Source: Candidatus Hydrogenedentota bacterium
GTDB lineage: Bacteria; Hydrogenedentota; Hydrogenedentia; Hydrogenedentales; SLHB01
Assembly: GCA_045863335.1 (NCBI GenBank)
Contig: BTVY01000038.1
Location: forward strand, 1 to 64,000
Reading direction: 5' to 3'
DNA length: 64,000 nucleotides
The notes below the pieces were generated by a model. That model ran no database searches, was not told the DNA's origin, and saw nothing but the letters and a program-made list of their open reading frames with translations. Made by a program: the position numbers and the translations under genes. Positions 59,511-64,000 of the stretch are shown piece by piece; the stretch's first letter is position 1; each line of letters begins with the position of its first letter.

Positions 59511-59887
59511 TGGAAAAACCGAGACCCAAACGCGTGGGCGAGCAAGTTCGCCACGAAGTTGCCGCCCTGCTGATGAAAGGCGTGAAGGATCCTCGCATCG
59601 GCTTCGTATCTGTAACCGCTGTCAAAATGTCTCCGGACCTCCATTACGCCAATGTCTACGTCAGTCTCTTCGGCTCCGAAAGTGAAAAGAAGAGTTCGCT
59701 GATCGGACTGCAGCAATCCGCCGGGTGGATTCGCCGCGAGATCGGTAAGCGAATCCGCCTCCGAGTCACCCCCGAAATTCGTTTCTTTGAGGACTCTACC
59801 CTCGACGAAGTATATAAACTGGAAGAGCGATTCCGTGAAATCCATGAAGAGCGAGATCAGCAGGACAACGATGCCGAAAACGGATAA
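59510..59887 (+). CDS. rbfA: 30S ribosome-binding factor A
   Basis: VKDPRI…SPDL…LRVTPEIRFFED. Confidence 0.95.
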   Translation: MEKPRPKRVGEQVRHEVAALLMKGVKDPRIGFVSVTAVKMSPDLHYANVYVSLFGSESEKKSSLIGLQQSAGWIRREIGKRIRLRVTPEIRFFEDSTLDEVYKLEERFREIHEERDQQDNDAENG

Positions 59888-60851
59888 GGACGAGGTGATA
59901 GAAGCGCTGTGCGCCGCTTCGCGCGTCCTCGTGACCAGCCATGTCAATCCGGACGGCGACGCGGTCGGTTCGGTCCTCGCCTTGGCGCAGCTTGCCCGGT
60001 CGCTTGGAGCCGATGACGTCGTCATGAGTCTTCACGATCCGGTTCCACGAGTTTACGATTGGCTGGCTGGAGTAGACGAGATTCTGCCGCCGGACGAAGT
60101 GACCGGCTCTTTTGACACGGTTCTCATCGCCGACGCCAATTCGTGCGAGCGAGTCGGCGCGGTTTGCGCATTTATCAAGGGCGCTTCCACCGTCGTTATT
60201 GTGGACCACCACCTCACCGAAGAGCGAAACGGCACCGTTCACCTCATCGATTCCACCTACGCTGCTACGGGCGAAATCGTCGTGGACCTCTTCGAAGCCG
60301 CAGGTGTGGAACTGGACTGTGCGGTGGCGGAATGCCTGTACGTCGCACTGTCGACGGATACCGGGAACTTCCGTTACGCCAACACAACCGCCCGTTCTCA
60401 CCGCGCCGCTGCACGACTCATCGAGACCGGCATCAACGTTCGCGAAATTACGTCCCGCGTCATTGATACCATGACCATCGGCAAGTTCCGGCTTCTCCGC
60501 CGCTTATTGGACCGCGCAGAGCTTGGTGATGGCGGCCGTATCGCGCACGGCTACATCCTCGAACGCGATCTGGCGGAAACGGGAGCGCTCGCGGAAGACG
60601 TGGACGGGCTCATCAACTACTTGCGCAACTTGGAAGGCGTACAACTTGCCATACTGATTCGAGAGTCCGAGCCGGCGGTTACCAAAGTGAGCTTCCGGTC
60701 GCAGCCAACAATTAACGCTGCCGAGATCGCGCAACACTTTGGCGGCGGCGGGCACGCGATGGCCGCCGGCGCCACGCTGCCGTATCCCTTGCAGGAGGCA
60801 AAGGCGGAACTCTTCCGCTATCTGCGCGGAGCATTGAAAGTCGATTTGTGA
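59871..60851 (+). CDS. nrnA: DHH family bifunctional oligoribonuclease/pAp phosphatase
   Basis: HVNPDGDAVGS, VDHH, TDTGNF and GGGGHAMAAG. Confidence 0.92.
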   Translation: MPKTDKDEVIEALCAASRVLVTSHVNPDGDAVGSVLALAQLARSLGADDVVMSLHDPVPRVYDWLAGVDEILPPDEVTGSFDTVLIADANSCERVGAVCAFIKGASTVVIVDHHLTEERNGTVHLIDSTYAATGEIVVDLFEAAGVELDCAVAECLYVALSTDTGNFRYANTTARSHRAAARLIETGINVREITSRVIDTMTIGKFRLLRRLLDRAELGDGGRIAHGYILERDLAETGALAEDVDGLINYLRNLEGVQLAILIRESEPAVTKVSFRSQPTINAAEIAQHFGGGGHAMAAGATLPYPLQEAKAELFRYLRGALKVDL

Positions 60852-61741
60852 ACGGAATTCTCCTGGTAGACAAGACCGCGGGCATGACTTCTCACGATGT
60901 GGTGGATCGGATTCGCCGGGCCGCGGGGATGCGACGAGTCGGCCACACCGGCACACTCGATCCTGCGGCCACTGGCCTGCTCATTCTATGCCTCGGCAAA
61001 GCGACCCGCCTGTCCGAGTTCCTTACGGGGCTGGACAAGACCTACGAGGGCACCATACTCCTCGGCACAACGACCGATTCCTTCGACTTGGACGGTGAGA
61101 TCGTCGAGGAACGTGATGTTCCCGAACTCGAGCTGGCCCAAGTGCAGACCGCCTGCGACGCATTTACCGGTTCAATCCTGCAAGTGCCGCCCATGGTCAG
61201 CGCCGTCAAGGTTGGCGGCGAGCGGCTGTACAAACGCGCCCGAAAGGGCGAAGTCGTCGAACGGGAGCCTCGCCCCGTCACCGTTCGGGAATTCCGTATT
61301 CTCGATTTTCAGCCGCCCAGGGCCACATTCCGGTTGCAATGTACGCGCGGAACGTACGCGCGCAGCCTTTGCCACGACGTGGGGCAGGCTCTTGGATGTG
61401 GAGCATGCCTGGCCGATCTGCGGCGGACCGCCGTCGGCAAGTATCGGATTGAAGACGCGCTCGCGGTGGACGAGTTCACGTCGGCCGAGGTTGTGGCGTC
61501 GCGGCTCGTTCCCCTTGACGAAGCGCTCGATCTACCCGAGGTGCGCGTGCGCCGATCGGCCAGCAAAACCGTTGCTACTGGCGGCGCGCTCGAACCCCCC
61601 GATCTCGTCAAGGCCTGCCCCATCGACCATGGGTGGATTCAAGTCAAAGCGGAAGACGGCACGCTCCTCGCCTTGGGACTGGTGGAATCCAACCTCGGAA
61701 TAAGGAGAGTCCTGCCAAAGCGGGTCATGTGCGGGCGGTGA
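60848..61741 (+). CDS. truB: tRNA pseudouridine(55) synthase
   Basis: GHTGTLDPAATGLL, QVPPMVSAVK and GTYARS. Confidence 0.95.
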   Translation: MNGILLVDKTAGMTSHDVVDRIRRAAGMRRVGHTGTLDPAATGLLILCLGKATRLSEFLTGLDKTYEGTILLGTTTDSFDLDGEIVEERDVPELELAQVQTACDAFTGSILQVPPMVSAVKVGGERLYKRARKGEVVEREPRPVTVREFRILDFQPPRATFRLQCTRGTYARSLCHDVGQALGCGACLADLRRTAVGKYRIEDALAVDEFTSAEVVASRLVPLDEALDLPEVRVRRSASKTVATGGALEPPDLVKACPIDHGWIQVKAEDGTLLALGLVESNLGIRRVLPKRVMCGR

Positions 61742-62676
61742 TACACGTTGTCGAGAATATCTTCCGTGCCGAAATCAACTACTCGAATCTCGTTCTGACC
61801 ATCGGGAGCTTCGACGGCGTTCATCTGGGGCATCGGGCTATTCTTCAGGAAGTCGTCGCACAGGCCAAAGCCTGTTCCGGTCTAAGTGCGGTGCTCACGT
61901 TGAAGCCCCATCCGCGCGAGTTCTTCTCACCCGACCATGCCCCAAGTCTTCTCACCCACGACAAGAAGAAGTGGCAGCTATTTGAGGAGGCCGGCATTGA
62001 CGGTGTATTTGTGCTGCCTTTCGACGGCCACGTTGCAGCGCTAGAACCGGATGCCTTTGTGAGGGACATTCTCGTGGGCCGCTGCGCCGCCACCTCCGTG
62101 GTCGTGGGGCACGATTTTCGCTTCGGAAAAGGCGCCCGCGGCGATTTCGATTCCCTTCGAGACCTTGCCCCCCGATATGGCTTCTCGGTCACCCAGGTTC
62201 CGCCCCTCCTCATGGACGGAGAACGCGTTAGCAGTACGCTGATTCGCGAGCGTCTGCTTCTGGCGGATCTGGAAAAGGCGGAAGCTTTTCTGGGCCGTCC
62301 CTATTCGATTGTTGGAGAAGTCGTTTCCGGACGCAAGGTCGGCAAGACTCTAGGGTATCCCACCGCCAACATCGAGCCGCACCACAGTGCAATTCCCGCG
62401 CAGGGCGTCTACATCGCTCACGCAAGCGTGGTCGGCGGCGTCTATCCAGCGGCGGTGAATATTGGGGTCGCACCCACCATACGCGATGAAGACGTGACCA
62501 TCGAGGCCTTTTTACTCGACTTTGACGGAGAACTTGATGGGGCCGAGATCGAGGTTACCTTCCGTCATCGTATCCGGCCGGAGATGCGTTTTCCTTCGAT
62601 ATCGGAATTGGTGGCTCAGATCGGCCGGGACGTTGACGAGGTCCGCGCCTATTTTGCGAGCCACCCGCTGGAATAG
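61738..62676 (+). CDS. ribF: Bifunctional riboflavin kinase/FAD synthetase
   Basis: GSFDGVHLGH, GHDFRFG, VSST and LGYPTAN; GTG overlaps truB stop. Confidence 0.95.
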   Translation: MIHVVENIFRAEINYSNLVLTIGSFDGVHLGHRAILQEVVAQAKACSGLSAVLTLKPHPREFFSPDHAPSLLTHDKKKWQLFEEAGIDGVFVLPFDGHVAALEPDAFVRDILVGRCAATSVVVGHDFRFGKGARGDFDSLRDLAPRYGFSVTQVPPLLMDGERVSSTLIRERLLLADLEKAEAFLGRPYSIVGEVVSGRKVGKTLGYPTANIEPHHSAIPAQGVYIAHASVVGGVYPAAVNIGVAPTIRDEDVTIEAFLLDFDGELDGAEIEVTFRHRIRPEMRFPSISELVAQIGRDVDEVRAYFASHPLE

Positions 62677-62900
62677 ACCGTGATCGGGATTTGCGATCAC
62701 GTGCATTGTTACACAACGCGGAGTCCCGCGACTTACCAAGTAAGGGACCGCAGCGGTTAATGGGGGAACTTCCGGCAATGTTTGGGGTTTTATCCTGTGG
62801 TAGATTGCGCCCATACAGGGCCTTATGTAACTTGGGTGTTCTTTTTAAGTTGTTTAACGGTATGTCTTTAGGAAATTTTCAGGGCTCGGCTCGCGCTCTC

Positions 62901-64000
62901 ATGTTCACCCCGCGCACGTGGACCATAGCCATGACTTCTCTCCTCATCGCAGGATGCTCGACGACCCAATACCGGGAGCGTGCCGACCGCGAAGTGTACG
63001 AGATCATCGAGCAGAAGTCTCCCGGGGTGCCGGGAATGCCCGCTGAATTCTCCATCGAGGAAGAGGAGTCAACCCCCCTTACCGATCTGCCGACGGCGAC
63101 TGAGACTGACGAGTTCCTTGGCGAGGACGGTGCGTTCGAAATCGGAGCCCACGTGATTTCGCTGGAAGACGCCTTACGGATTTCGGTTCTCCATAATCGT
63201 ACGTATCAGAACCAGAAGGAATTGCTTTACCTCCAAGCCTTGTCGCTCACATTGGATCGGCATCGCTATACCCCCATCTTCTTCGCGGAGGGATCCGCCG
63301 AATACAACCGTACGACCACCGACGTTGCGAAACTGTCGGGTTCGGCCGAATTGGCCCAGACGATTCCGGGGTGGATTCGCCAGTCCGGCGCCAACGCATC
63401 GACCAGCATCCCGAACGCGTCCACGGCGGCCGGGTACCTGGAGCTCTTCGGCGTGGCGCCGAACAGCACTTCCATTGCCACCCTCGAAGCCATAGGGGCC
63501 CTATCAGGTACGCCGGCCCAACTTCTGAATTCTTACGCGGACGTGGTCGAGCAGGCGTTTACCGTTACAGGCATCAACCAGCCGGATAATGAGATTCGCA
63601 ACGAGCGCAGCGTATCCGGCCAAACGAGTGTCGGCGTCGGAATGCTATTGAAGGGTGGCGGCGCCGTTGCCATCAGCCTCACGTCGAACTTTCTGAGGTT
63701 TCTAACCGGGGATCCCAGCGTTTCTACATCATCGGCGCTGCTTGGCAGCTTCACGCAGCCGCTATTGCGAGGGCGAGGCAGCGACGTGGCCGCCGAACAG
63801 CTCACGCAAGCCGAGCGCGACGTGTTGTATCAACTGCGGTCGTTCACCCGTTTTCGCAAGGAATTCGTCGTGGAAGTGGCCTCGGCGTATTACGGGGTAT
63901 TGCAGGACCGGGACTCTGTGCAGAACAGTTGGCAAGGGTATCAGGCGTTTCTGCGACAGGCGGAGCAGGAGCGCGCGTTGGCCGCTGAAGGGCGATCGAC
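62901..64000 (+). CDS. TolC family outer-membrane lipoprotein (partial, runs off window; absent from ORF track)
   Basis: My translation: MFTPRTW…LLIAGC lipobox, ISLEDALRISVLHNRTYQNQKE, FTQPLLRGRG…LTQAERDVLY; no stop seen before the window end. Confidence 0.8.
   Translation, partial: MFTPRTWTIAMTSLLIAGCSTTQYRERADREVYEIIEQKSPGVPGMPAEFSIEEEESTPLTDLPTATETDEFLGEDGAFEIGAHVISLEDALRISVLHNRTYQNQKELLYLQALSLTLDRHRYTPIFFAEGSAEYNRTTTDVAKLSGSAELAQTIPGWIRQSGANASTSIPNASTAAGYLELFGVAPNSTSIATLEAIGALSGTPAQLLNSYADVVEQAFTVTGINQPDNEIRNERSVSGQTSVGVGMLLKGGGAVAISLTSNFLRFLTGDPSVSTSSALLGSFTQPLLRGRGSDVAAEQLTQAERDVLYQLRSFTRFRKEFVVEVASAYYGVLQDRDSVQNSWQGYQAFLRQAEQERALAAEGRS

Overview
A GC-rich (roughly 60%) chromosomal window from a diderm bacterium. 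The style of its DUF1559 prepilin-like protein and its TolC and LptD proteins suggests Candidatus Hydrogenedentota or a PVC-like lineage (inference). Most of the window is housekeeping: rimP-nusA-infB-DUF503-rbfA-nrnA-truB-ribF, ctpA-rph-rdgB-tsaC-rpiB-hslU-pgeF, hsp20-lon, polX-nth, aroA, rpsT and lptD. No rRNA, tRNA, CRISPR array or transposase was seen. Most notable: (1) a 118-aa upstream ORF (50577-50933, minus strand) with an N-terminal hydrophobic segment, His residues, CxxC and a C-terminal RGPP motif, resembling DUF2946/CruR-type ribosome-arrest peptides. It has its own consensus sigma70 promoter, and its Pro-Pro codons can base-pair with the Shine-Dalgarno of the downstream His-tailed pilin-like DUF1559 gene, making it a candidate metal- or secretion-responsive translational switch. 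(2) An orphan single-module NRPS (C-A-PCP-TE) whose A-domain code reads DAFFLGVTFK (Ile-type). (3) An LptD fused to an N-terminal beta-propeller through a long Pro/Glu/Ala linker. (4) hslU without an adjacent hslV. (5) Several non-canonical c-di-GMP proteins. (6) Many unrelated short intergenic palindromic elements: REP doublets, a 6x32-bp hairpin array, a MITE-like element and 9-nt-period inverted arrays.
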